From: an uncultured Gammaproteobacteria bacterium
GTDB taxonomy: Bacteria > Patescibacteriota > Microgenomatia > UBA12405
Assembly (NCBI GenBank): GCA_964448065.1
Contig: CAYUUU010000001.1
Location: 1 to 43,157, forward strand
Reading direction: 5' to 3'
DNA: 43,157 nt
Numbering within the stretch: position 1 is the stretch's first letter; each line of letters begins with the position of its first letter. The position numbers were made by a program, and so were the translations under genes. Positions 1-7,944 of the stretch are shown here, one piece after another. Under the pieces are notes generated by a model. The model saw nothing but the letters and a program-made list of their open reading frames with translations, searched no databases and was not told the origin of the DNA.

Positions 1-2090
1 GTAATTTCACTAGAAAGAATTCCAAAAGGTAATTTTAATTTACTAAAATCGCGTTGTTTTTCCCATGAATCTTCCAGAAGTCGATAAATGAAAACATGAT
101 TAAATTCCAAACCTTTGGAACCGTGAACAGTTAATATTTTGATAGAATCGGAAGAATCGTAAGAAATTGATGGAGAAGAAATGGAAAGATTATTCTCATT
201 GTATAAATGAATTCGGTCAATAAATTCTTTTAAAGTTAAATCTTTTTTAACAACGGTATCTTTGAGAAGTTTATAAAAAGTGTGAACTTGATTAAGAGTT
301 TCAATATCGTTTTTAGATAATAAATATTTTAAAATTCTAAATCTTTTTAAGATTTTATTTAAAACTTTTTCTAAAGGATAATTTTCTAAATCGACTCTGG
401 TTTTGGCAATTCGTTTACCAAATTTAGCAAGAATATGTTTGGTTTTATCAGAGACTTCAAGACTGTCAATTTTTTCTTGATTGAAAATTAAATCGGCTAA
501 AACACATCTTGATTTAACTACTTTAACTAAATCGAGAGAGTTTAATTTAACAAAAGGAGCGGCCAAAATGTGGTAAACAGATTCATTGAGGTTAGGATTA
601 TCAACGAATTCGAGCAGTTTAATTAATTGAATAATAAGGGGATTTTTAAGAATATTAGAATCGGAAGGTAAGAAAAATTTAACATTAAAAGCCGATAACA
701 TTTTGGTTAATTCTTCAGCATCACGATTTTTACGAATTAAAATAGCAATTTCATTAGGACTTTCACCGGCTTTAATTAAGTCGGCAACTTTTTGAGCCAC
801 ATAAAAATCTTCTTCAATATTGGAATTAAGAATGGTTAGATTAATTGGATTAGGATCATAATCTTTGGTGGCAATTAAACTTTTATCAATGTCGGTAATT
901 AAGTTGGCAATGCGATTTTTGTTGTGACCAATAACACTACTGGAAGAATCTAGGATAAGTTTATGGCTGCGATAATTATTTTTTAAAACAATTTTTTGAG
1001 GGTTATATTTTTGATAAAAATTGTAGATGTTTTCAATTGAGGCGCCTTGAAATCTAAAAATAGATTGATCATCATCACCGACAACAAAAATATTGGGGGT
1101 GTCATAATAACTGCCAAGCATGTCAACAATTTTGCTTTGACTGGAGTTGGTGTCTTGATATTCATCGACGAGAATATATTGGTACTTTTCCTGAAAATTT
1201 AACAATAAATTGGGGTTTTGATTAAAGACATTAATGACAAAAAGAATCATATCTTCATAATCATAAAGAGATCTTTTTTGAAGTTCTTGCTGATATAAAT
1301 CAAAAATTTTGACAAATTCTTTTTGTTTGGGAATATCTTTTTCAAAGTCTTGGTAAAATTTGCGAATTTCATTTTTAACTTGACTAAGATTTTCATTACC
1401 ACTTCGAATTACTTGAAGATAACTTTTAATATTAATTGAAAGAAATTCGGAACTTAGTAAATTATCTAAAATTTGGTTAATTTGAGAATAATTGTTTTTG
1501 GTAGCTCGGATATTGGTTAATTGAGTAATAAAATCACCACAATTTTTAAAAAATATTTCTTCATCTTTAATTAAATTTAAAAGAGTTTTTTGGCTAATGT
1601 TTTCTCGTTTAGCTAAATGAAGATTATCAAGAATACTTTTTTGATAACAATATCTGTCTCCCCAACTGATTAAGGGTGAAGCATTATCTAAATTATCGAT
1701 AATGTCTTTAATAATTTCGATGGTTTCTAGGTCGTCAATGGCTTTTAAACTAGAGGAAGAAAAAGGAAAGTATTGAGGATTAGAAGAAATAATATCGTTA
1801 CAAAAACTATGAAAAGTACAGATTTTTATTTTGTAAGCATCGGGGCCAATCATGGTTAATAAACGATTTCTCATATTGTTGGCAGCAACATCAGTGTAAG
1901 TTAAACATAAAATGGAACTAGGCTTAGTATCGGTCTTGTCTAAAATATTGGCAATTCGAAGAGCAATAGTTTGGGTTTTACCAGTGCCAGCACCGGCAAT
2001 AACCATAACTGGACCTTCAATAGTATCAACAGCTAGCTTTTGTTCAGGGTTTAATTTTTGATATTCTGATAAAAAAATTTGATTGCTCAC
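1..2090 (-). CDS. UvrD/PcrA-family superfamily-1 DNA helicase, partial (C-terminus runs off the left edge)
   Basis: Absent from the ORF track because it is open at the window edge. My reverse-strand translation from GTG at 2090 gives VSNQIFLSEYQKLNPEQKLAVDTIEGPVMVIAGAGTGKTQT (Walker A), then ILVDEYQDTNS (motif II) and LTVHGSKGLEF. An in-frame stop lies 3 codons upstream of the GTG. Confidence 0.8.
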   Translation of the reverse strand, partial: MSNQIFLSEYQKLNPEQKLAVDTIEGPVMVIAGAGTGKTQTIALRIANILDKTDTKPSSILCLTYTDVAANNMRNRLLTMIGPDAYKIKICTFHSFCNDIISSNPQYFPFSSSSLKAIDDLETIEIIKDIIDNLDNASPLISWGDRYCYQKSILDNLHLAKRENISQKTLLNLIKDEEIFFKNCGDFITQLTNIRATKNNYSQINQILDNLLSSEFLSINIKSYLQVIRSGNENLSQVKNEIRKFYQDFEKDIPKQKEFVKIFDLYQQELQKRSLYDYEDMILFVINVFNQNPNLLLNFQEKYQYILVDEYQDTNSSQSKIVDMLGSYYDTPNIFVVGDDDQSIFRFQGASIENIYNFYQKYNPQKIVLKNNYRSHKLILDSSSSVIGHNKNRIANLITDIDKSLIATKDYDPNPINLTILNSNIEEDFYVAQKVADLIKAGESPNEIAILIRKNRDAEELTKMLSAFNVKFFLPSDSNILKNPLIIQLIKLLEFVDNPNLNESVYHILAAPFVKLNSLDLVKVVKSRCVLADLIFNQEKIDSLEVSDKTKHILAKFGKRIAKTRVDLENYPLEKVLNKILKRFRILKYLLSKNDIETLNQVHTFYKLLKDTVVKKDLTLKEFIDRIHLYNENNLSISSPSISYDSSDSIKILTVHGSKGLEFNHVFIYRLLEDSWEKQRDFSKLKLPFGILSSEI

Positions 2091-2141
2091 TTCCCTATTT
2101 TAACTTAAAAATTAAGATAAAAATGCTGTAGAATTGGGTTA

Positions 2142-2792
2142 ATGAAAGAGAATAGTGATTATTCATTTGGAGGAGAAAAAGAAATGGAAAAGAAAGAAAT
2201 AATTTTGTTTGATATTGATAACACTTTAATCGATACTAAAAAATTATCGAATTTGGCATATACAGATATTGCCCAACAAACAGGAAAAACATTAGAAGAA
2301 ATATCTGGACTTAAAGATGAATATAAAACAGGTTTAGAAACTAATACTGATTTTTATCCAGATAATTTAATTCATTTTTTAGAAGAAAAAACTGGTCAAA
2401 AAATTGATAATCCTTTTGATAATAAAGAAATTTATAAACAGTCGCTTTTTGGAGAAACAGTGGAAATATTGACCAAATTGAAAAAAACTAAAAAAATTGG
2501 AATTTTTTCGGAAGGTTTTGTTGATTACCAAACAAAAAAACTGGAATTTTCTGGAATAATTGATTTTTTTGATAAAGATTTAATTTTTATTAAGAGAAGA
2601 AAATTAGATGATGGTTGTTTAAATAATGAAATCCCAAAAGGAGCAACTATTGTTGATGATAGCCCAAAAGTAGTGGAAAAATTAGGACAAATAGAAAGAT
2701 TTAAAACTGTCTGGTTAAATTTAAATATGTTTAACACTAGTATGACCAACAGTATAATAATTGGATCTTTGAGTGAATTAGCTGTTCAATAA
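2142..2792 (+). CDS. HAD-superfamily hydrolase
   Basis: DxDxT motif in ILFDIDNTLID near the N-terminus and a late acidic motif (IVDDSPK). The true start may be the ATG at 2184 (MEKKEIILFDID). Confidence 0.6.
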   Translation: MKENSDYSFGGEKEMEKKEIILFDIDNTLIDTKKLSNLAYTDIAQQTGKTLEEISGLKDEYKTGLETNTDFYPDNLIHFLEEKTGQKIDNPFDNKEIYKQSLFGETVEILTKLKKTKKIGIFSEGFVDYQTKKLEFSGIIDFFDKDLIFIKRRKLDDGCLNNEIPKGATIVDDSPKVVEKLGQIERFKTVWLNLNMFNTSMTNSIIIGSLSELAVQ

Positions 2793-2822
2793 TTTTTCTA
2801 AAATTTCTTTAGCCAGTTTTGG

Positions 2823-2844
2823 ACCTGCCTGCCGGCAGGCAGGT
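2823..2844. repeat. 22-nt perfect palindrome ACCTGCCTGCCGGCAGGCAGGT, intergenic copy
   Basis: Read directly. GC-rich island between the convergent HAD and gatB stops. Identical to the copy at 3772-3793. Confidence 0.9.
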
Positions 2845-2858
2845 TGGCAGAAAAGAAA

Positions 2859-4403
2859 CTATTTTAAAAGTTTTTCTAATATATTTTTAGCAATTACTGG
2901 ATTTGCCGATCCTTTTGAAGCTTTCATTAATTGACCAATAAGAAATCCAATAGACATCGGATTTTTAAGATAGTCTGAAACTGCTTTTGGATTAGCCTCA
3001 ATTACCTCTTTAGCGATTTTTTCAATTTCACCAGAATCAGAAACTTGAATTAAACCCTTAGACTTGGCAATTTCAACAGGATTAACACCAGTTTGATAAC
3101 TTTCGACAATTACCTGTTTAGCAACGGTGGCAGAAATTTCTGAATTGGAAACGGCCCTAAACAAATCAAAGAAAAATTGAGAATTAATTTTTGATTGATC
3201 TAAGTCTTGACCACTTTCATTAAGATAAGTTTTAATGGCCCCTAAGAAAAGATTGGCTGTAAATTTGGCAAAATCTTTAGTTTTAGCCGAATCAGTAAAT
3301 CCAACTAAATCTTTTAAAGATTTACCGACAATTTTAGTCAAATCATTAGTTTTATTTTTATAAATATAATCAACAATAATAGATTCATAAATATTGGCAA
3401 AAGCAAAATCAGCAGTAATGGTTTGAGCATCATAATCACTTAAACCATAAACTGTTTTATATTTTTCTATTTTTTGATCTGGAAGTTCAGGAACTGAGGC
3501 TTTAATGGCATCAATTTCGGCTTGAGTAAAATTGACATAAGGGATATCTGGTTCTGGAAAATAACGATAATCAGAAGAACCTTCTTTTTCCCGTTGCAAA
3601 AAGGTATGATTTTTATTGGCATCCCAACCACGAGTAGTTTTGTTAGTTTTAGATTTGGTTTCACCGGTTTGTTTAAATTCTTCAAGTTGACGATTGATCT
3701 CAAAATCTATTGCCATTTGAACTCCAGTTAAAGAAGCAACGTTTTTAATTTCGGCGAGAGGAGTATAAACCACCTGCCTGCCGGCAGGCAGGTCATCGGT
3801 TTCGATTTTTAAATTGACAGTTGGTTCACAACGCATACTACCCTTTTCAATATCTGCATCGGAAATACCTAAATATCGGATAATTTGTTGCATTTTAAGA
3901 AGATAATTTTTGGCCATTTGAGCAGAAGTTATGTCTGGTTCGGAAACTATTTCCACAAGCGGAACACCAGAGCGGTTGTAATCGATTAGGGTTAAATCTT
4001 GACCATTATTGGTTAAATGAACAGATTTGCCAGTGTCTTCTTCCATGTGGGCTCGATTAATTCTAATTTCTTGACCATCAACAACTAATTTACCGTTGAT
4101 AACAAAAGGTTTTTCAAATTGAGTTAATTGATAGCCTTTAGCTAAATCTGGATAAAAATAATTTTTTCGCTCAAAAAATGAAGTTAAATTTGGAGTACAA
4201 CCTAGAGCTAAACCCAATTTGATGCACCATTCACAGGCAGTGCGATTGGGAATTGGAAGAGCACCTGGAAGACCTAGACATACAGGACAGGTGTGAGTGT
4301 TAGCTTCAACATGAAAATGAGTTGCCGAACAACTACAAAACATTTTTGATTGAGTGCGAAGCTCGACATGAACTTCAAGACCGATTATTGGTGTGACTTT
4401 CAT
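2859..4403 (-). CDS. gatB: Asp-tRNA(Asn)/Glu-tRNA(Gln) amidotransferase subunit B
   Basis: N-terminus IIGLEVHVEL..SKMFCSC, central EIKN motif, C-terminal YqeY-like tail. Downstream of gatC-gatA on the same strand. Confidence 0.9.
   Translation of the reverse strand: MKVTPIIGLEVHVELRTQSKMFCSCSATHFHVEANTHTCPVCLGLPGALPIPNRTACEWCIKLGLALGCTPNLTSFFERKNYFYPDLAKGYQLTQFEKPFVINGKLVVDGQEIRINRAHMEEDTGKSVHLTNNGQDLTLIDYNRSGVPLVEIVSEPDITSAQMAKNYLLKMQQIIRYLGISDADIEKGSMRCEPTVNLKIETDDLPAGRQVVYTPLAEIKNVASLTGVQMAIDFEINRQLEEFKQTGETKSKTNKTTRGWDANKNHTFLQREKEGSSDYRYFPEPDIPYVNFTQAEIDAIKASVPELPDQKIEKYKTVYGLSDYDAQTITADFAFANIYESIIVDYIYKNKTNDLTKIVGKSLKDLVGFTDSAKTKDFAKFTANLFLGAIKTYLNESGQDLDQSKINSQFFFDLFRAVSNSEISATVAKQVIVESYQTGVNPVEIAKSKGLIQVSDSGEIEKIAKEVIEANPKAVSDYLKNPMSIGFLIGQLMKASKGSANPVIAKNILEKLLK
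3772..3793. repeat. 22-nt perfect palindrome ACCTGCCTGCCGGCAGGCAGGT, copy inside gatB
   Basis: Read directly. Translated in frame as LPAGRQV in ...IETDDLPAGRQVVYTPLAEIKN... Confidence 0.9.
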
Positions 4404-4405
4404 TT

Positions 4406-4446
4406 AAACCCCTCCGCCCTGCGGGCACCTCCCTTTGACAGGGGAG
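4406..4446. repeat. GC-rich two-hairpin element (AAACCC head, GCCC-tgc-GGGC, CTCCC-tttgaca-GGGGAG)
   Basis: Read directly in the gatA-gatB spacer. Same architecture as 4487-4534 and 24859-24915. Confidence 0.75.
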
Positions 4447-4486
4447 CTTTTTTATTTTGTTTTTGATTAATTTTCATTTTTATATT

Positions 4487-4534
4487 AAACCCTCTCCCGA
4501 CGTTCGTCGGGGTCTCCCTTAAAGAAGGGCGATT
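4487..4534. repeat. GC-rich two-hairpin element (AAACCC head, CCCGACG-ttc-GTCGGGG, CTCCC-ttaaagaa-GGGCG)
   Basis: Read directly in the gatA-gatB spacer. Confidence 0.75.
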
Positions 4535-4549
4535 AAAATAATTTTTATT

Positions 4550-6013
4550 TTAGATTTTTGGTTTTTGTAAATGATAATCAGTAATTTGTTGATATTGATG
4601 ACCAATTGACATAATTTTTGATTCTTCAAAGAAATTACCAATCAGTTGGAAACCAATAGGAAGATTGTTATTATTAAAACCACAAGGTAGTGCGAGTGAA
4701 GGAACACCAGCAACATTAATACAAACAGTGTAAGCATCGGCTAAATACATTTCTAGAGGATTGCTACATTTTTCACCAATTTTCCAAGCAGGTGTAGGAG
4801 AAACTGGAGCCAAAATAACATCAACATCGGCTAAAACAGATTCAAATTCTTGTTTAATTAAAGTTCTGACTTTGGCAGCTTTGGTGTAATAAGCATCGTA
4901 GTAACCAGAAGACAGAGCATAAGTACCAATAATAATACGTCGTTTAACTTCTGGCTCCATAAATTGACCTCGAACATTCATATAATAAGAAACTATATTT
5001 GAACCATCTGGACTAGTTTGACCAAAACGAATTCCCTCGTAACGAGACATGTTGGCAGAAATTTCGGAAGGAACCAAAATATAATAAACAGCCAAGCCAA
5101 GATTAGTACTAGGAAGAGAAACTTCTTTTAAAATAGCACCTTGGTTTTCTAAAACCTTGGCAGCTTCTAAAACTTTAGATTTAACTTCAGGATTAATAGC
5201 CTGGGTAAAATATTCTTTTGGTAAACCAATTTTTAAACCTTTCAAATTAACACTGTCTAAAAGTGAAAAATAATCGGGAATAGTTTGATGGGTGGAAGTG
5301 GCATCGTTTTGATCGTGACCGGCAGTGAATTGAGTAACAGTGGCAATATCATCGACAGATCGAGCAAAAACACCAGGACAATCGAAAGAAGAAGCCATAG
5401 CAGTAATTCCAAAACGAGAATTTAAACCATAGGTAGGTTTTAGACCAGAAACACCACATAAAGAAGCTGGTTGACGAATGGAACCACCAGTATCAGTACC
5501 AAGGGCAAAATGACAAAGATTGGCGGCGGTGGCAGCAGCCGAGCCACCAGAAGAACCACCAGGAATCATATCTAAATTCCAAGGATTTTTAGTGGTAAAG
5601 AAACCAGAATTTTCGGTTGAACCACCAAAAGCAAAAGGATCAGTATTGGTTTTGCCAATAATAATGGCATCTTGGTCTAATAATTTTTGATAAACAGTGG
5701 AAGAATATTGAGGAATATAACCTTTTAAAACTTGGGAGCTAGCAGTGGTTTCAATGTCTTTGGTTAAAAAGATGTCTTTGACGGCCATAATTGAACCAGC
5801 TAATTTACCAATGGTTTCATTATTAGCAATTTTTTTATCAATTTCGGTGGCTTTTTTTAAGGCTTCTGTTTCGGTAATAGTAATAAAAGCTTTAATTTTG
5901 GGATCAATTAATTTAATTTTGTCTAAGAAAAACTGAGTAATTTCAGTGGCAGTGGCCTTTTTGTCTAAAAGTAATTGGCGGATTTGAGAAATTGAAAGAG
6001 TTGAATAGTCCAT
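4550..6013 (-). CDS. gatA: Asp-tRNA(Asn)/Glu-tRNA(Gln) amidotransferase subunit A
   Basis: Amidase signature GGSSGGSAAA and GTDTGGSIRQPA. I prefer the start at MDYSTLSI (6013), which abuts the gatC stop at 6015, over the longer track ORF. Confidence 0.9.
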   Translation of the reverse strand: MDYSTLSISQIRQLLLDKKATATEITQFFLDKIKLIDPKIKAFITITETEALKKATEIDKKIANNETIGKLAGSIMAVKDIFLTKDIETTASSQVLKGYIPQYSSTVYQKLLDQDAIIIGKTNTDPFAFGGSTENSGFFTTKNPWNLDMIPGGSSGGSAAATAANLCHFALGTDTGGSIRQPASLCGVSGLKPTYGLNSRFGITAMASSFDCPGVFARSVDDIATVTQFTAGHDQNDATSTHQTIPDYFSLLDSVNLKGLKIGLPKEYFTQAINPEVKSKVLEAAKVLENQGAILKEVSLPSTNLGLAVYYILVPSEISANMSRYEGIRFGQTSPDGSNIVSYYMNVRGQFMEPEVKRRIIIGTYALSSGYYDAYYTKAAKVRTLIKQEFESVLADVDVILAPVSPTPAWKIGEKCSNPLEMYLADAYTVCINVAGVPSLALPCGFNNNNLPIGFQLIGNFFEESKIMSIGHQYQQITDYHLQKPKI

Positions 6014-6014
6014 A

Positions 6015-6317
6015 TTATTTTTTATCGATAGTTCTAGTAACAACAAAATAACCATCTTGGATATTTTTAGTGGAAGATAAAGCTAATTTTTGAGAAAAAG
6101 ATTCACCAATTATATCTTCTCGCAAAGGATTTGATTCTTCGATAACTCTAAAGGTAGGTAAAACATGGTCAGTATTAACACTGTTTAGAACATCAAAATA
6201 TTCAATAACTGATTCTAATTGAGGCAAAAAAACTTCCTTTTCGTGGTCAGACAATTTTATTCTGGCCAATTTGGCGATATGGTCTAAAGTTTCTAAAGTG
6301 ATTTTGGTCGAGGACAT
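6015..6317 (-). CDS. gatC: Asp-tRNA(Asn)/Glu-tRNA(Gln) amidotransferase subunit C
   Basis: 100 aa with typical motifs (HIAKLARIKLSDHEKE ... LREDI). Immediately upstream of gatA. Confidence 0.85.
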   Translation of the reverse strand: MSSTKITLETLDHIAKLARIKLSDHEKEVFLPQLESVIEYFDVLNSVNTDHVLPTFRVIEESNPLREDIIGESFSQKLALSSTKNIQDGYFVVTRTIDKK

Positions 6318-6404
6318 AGTGTATTTTACCCCATTTTCTTATTTTTTTGGCTATATATCATGATATACTTCCAGCTACAAAAAGTTCTTTGAAAAATAAA
6401 AAAG

Positions 6405-6410
6405 AAGGAG
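6405..6410 (+). promoter_or_regulatory. Shine-Dalgarno AAGGAG, 8 nt before the ATG at 6419
   Basis: Read directly: aaagAAGGAGattaaaaaATG. Confidence 0.5.
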
Positions 6411-6418
6411 ATTAAAAA

Positions 6419-6736
6419 ATGGAGACTAGAAAAATTAGAGTTTCCAGTATACCTAAAGGCCTAATAGCAGTGCCTTTTTGGGTTTATATCCGAATAATCG
6501 GAATAGAGTTGAATGCTGTTGAAACGTCTAAACCGTGGAATTTAGTTATGGGAAAAGGGACTGCAACACATTATATTGATTGTTGGGAAATAGAAAAAGA
6601 AGAATTATTAAGAAGAATGGAGGAGAAAAAATTCCATAAAGAAGCAGAATGGTTAAGAGAACATTCAATCTATAAGTCAAAAGAATCATTATTATTCAAT
6701 ATTGGTTCTTGCGACCTAATTCGTCAAACAATTTAA
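6419..6736 (+). CDS. hypothetical protein (105 aa)
   Basis: ORF with a strong SD. I recognise no family. Confidence 0.5.
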   Translation: METRKIRVSSIPKGLIAVPFWVYIRIIGIELNAVETSKPWNLVMGKGTATHYIDCWEIEKEELLRRMEEKKFHKEAEWLREHSIYKSKESLLFNIGSCDLIRQTI

Positions 6737-6856
6737 TTATTTTTTATAAATATCTGGGTTTTCGAACTTTTTGTACAGATATTTATCTAGGACGGCTAGG
6801 GCTGAAACAAAGTGTGCTCTTAATTGAGTATATTTGTTTTAGTTTCTGGCCGTTTT

Positions 6857-7909
6857 TTATTTTCTGAAATTTTTTAGAATATTGGCTTTGAGACGAAGAA
6901 GTTTCCAACGAGCCTTATCGGTGTAATTATAAAGTTTGTATAAATTTTGATTAATGACTAGATCGTAAGTGCCAACATATTCAATTAATTGACCGCCATA
7001 ACCTTGTTTAAAACGATGAAAACCAAAACCGTTTTCAGTTTCTTTGGCATTTGGACCAAGACAACCCCACATATCAAAAGTTTTACATTTTAATTCCTTA
7101 CCAAGTTTAATTACTTCCCACATTAAAAGAGTTGGAGCCATAACTTGACGATTAACATCTAAGGACGAACCATAAGGATAAAACAATCTATCCCCTAATT
7201 TAAAAATCATAAAAGCAGACAAAACTTGATTTTTATAAGAAGCCAACATGATGTGAACCATACCAGTATCTTTTAATTTTTTCCAAAGATCACGATTGTA
7301 TTTTTCAGAATGAAGATAAAAACCTTGACGTTTGGTGGTATCGAAAAGTAGTTTTAAATAAATTTCAAAACCTTTATCGTCGGTTTGTTCTCTGATTTCA
7401 ACTCCATAACGATTGGCAACTCGAATATTGTAACGAGTTTTAGAATGCATGGATTCTAAAAGTTGAGTTTCACTCTTGGTTAAATCAACCAAATAAGTGT
7501 GAGGATAAAAGGCAACTTTAGGTGATTCTTTAAGATTTTCAAATTGAGGTTTTAATGAAATAACAGTTTCATTATTTAAACTATCGAAAGTTTTATAGGC
7601 AACATTTGGTTCAAATTTAACAAAAATAGCATTTTCCTTTTGAGCAATTTTAGTAACTTGTTCAATCATTTGATCATCGATCTCAGGACCTCGAAGAATG
7701 GTTCCAATAGAAAATTTTAATTTGGGAATTTTATGAAAACTAACAGAATAGGCCAAAATCATTTTATCTTTATCATCAAAAACTCCAAGACGATAAACTG
7801 TGTGGCCTTGAGAAATTTGAAAATCACCCCAATCCCAAGTTTGAACTGGATGAATAATTAACGAATCATATTCCTCTTTGTTTTTTGAAGTAAGAACTTT
7901 AGTGATCAT
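6857..7909 (-). CDS. FemAB-family peptidoglycan interpeptide-bridge aminoacyltransferase
   Basis: 350 aa. Typical FemX-like stretches: HPVQTWDWGDF, LRGP, SKTRYNIRVANRYGVEI, YPYGSS..., HRFKQGYGG. Confidence 0.75.
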   Translation of the reverse strand: MITKVLTSKNKEEYDSLIIHPVQTWDWGDFQISQGHTVYRLGVFDDKDKMILAYSVSFHKIPKLKFSIGTILRGPEIDDQMIEQVTKIAQKENAIFVKFEPNVAYKTFDSLNNETVISLKPQFENLKESPKVAFYPHTYLVDLTKSETQLLESMHSKTRYNIRVANRYGVEIREQTDDKGFEIYLKLLFDTTKRQGFYLHSEKYNRDLWKKLKDTGMVHIMLASYKNQVLSAFMIFKLGDRLFYPYGSSLDVNRQVMAPTLLMWEVIKLGKELKCKTFDMWGCLGPNAKETENGFGFHRFKQGYGGQLIEYVGTYDLVINQNLYKLYNYTDKARWKLLRLKANILKNFRK

Positions 7910-7944
7910 ATATTAGTTTATCAAGTTAAAAGTTTGTAAAGTTA

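Noticed and set aside
983-1165. 60-aa track ORF on the minus strand
   Set aside because: It lies in an alternative frame entirely inside the UvrD-like helicase gene (1-2090), whose frame I verified through DEYQDT. The composition is low-complexity. It is spurious.
2823-2844. The 22-nt palindrome as a bidirectional intrinsic terminator between HAD and gatB
   Set aside because: There is no U-tract on either side (downstream is TGGCAGAAAAG, upstream is AGTTTTGG only). The identical sequence also sits inside gatB, where termination would be deleterious.
4406-4534. Possible CRISPR array (also considered for 24859-24994)
   Set aside because: The repeats are not identical, spacing is irregular, there are only 2-5 units, each unit is itself a different hairpin, and no cas genes are present. 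They fit REP/BIME-like mosaics rather than CRISPR.
2525-5936. Short track ORFs 2525-2749(-), 3467-3703(-), 3522-3731(+) and 5745-5936(+)
   Set aside because: All are nested in or antisense to well-supported genes (HAD, gatB, gatA) and have AT-rich low-complexity translations. They are typical shadow ORFs.
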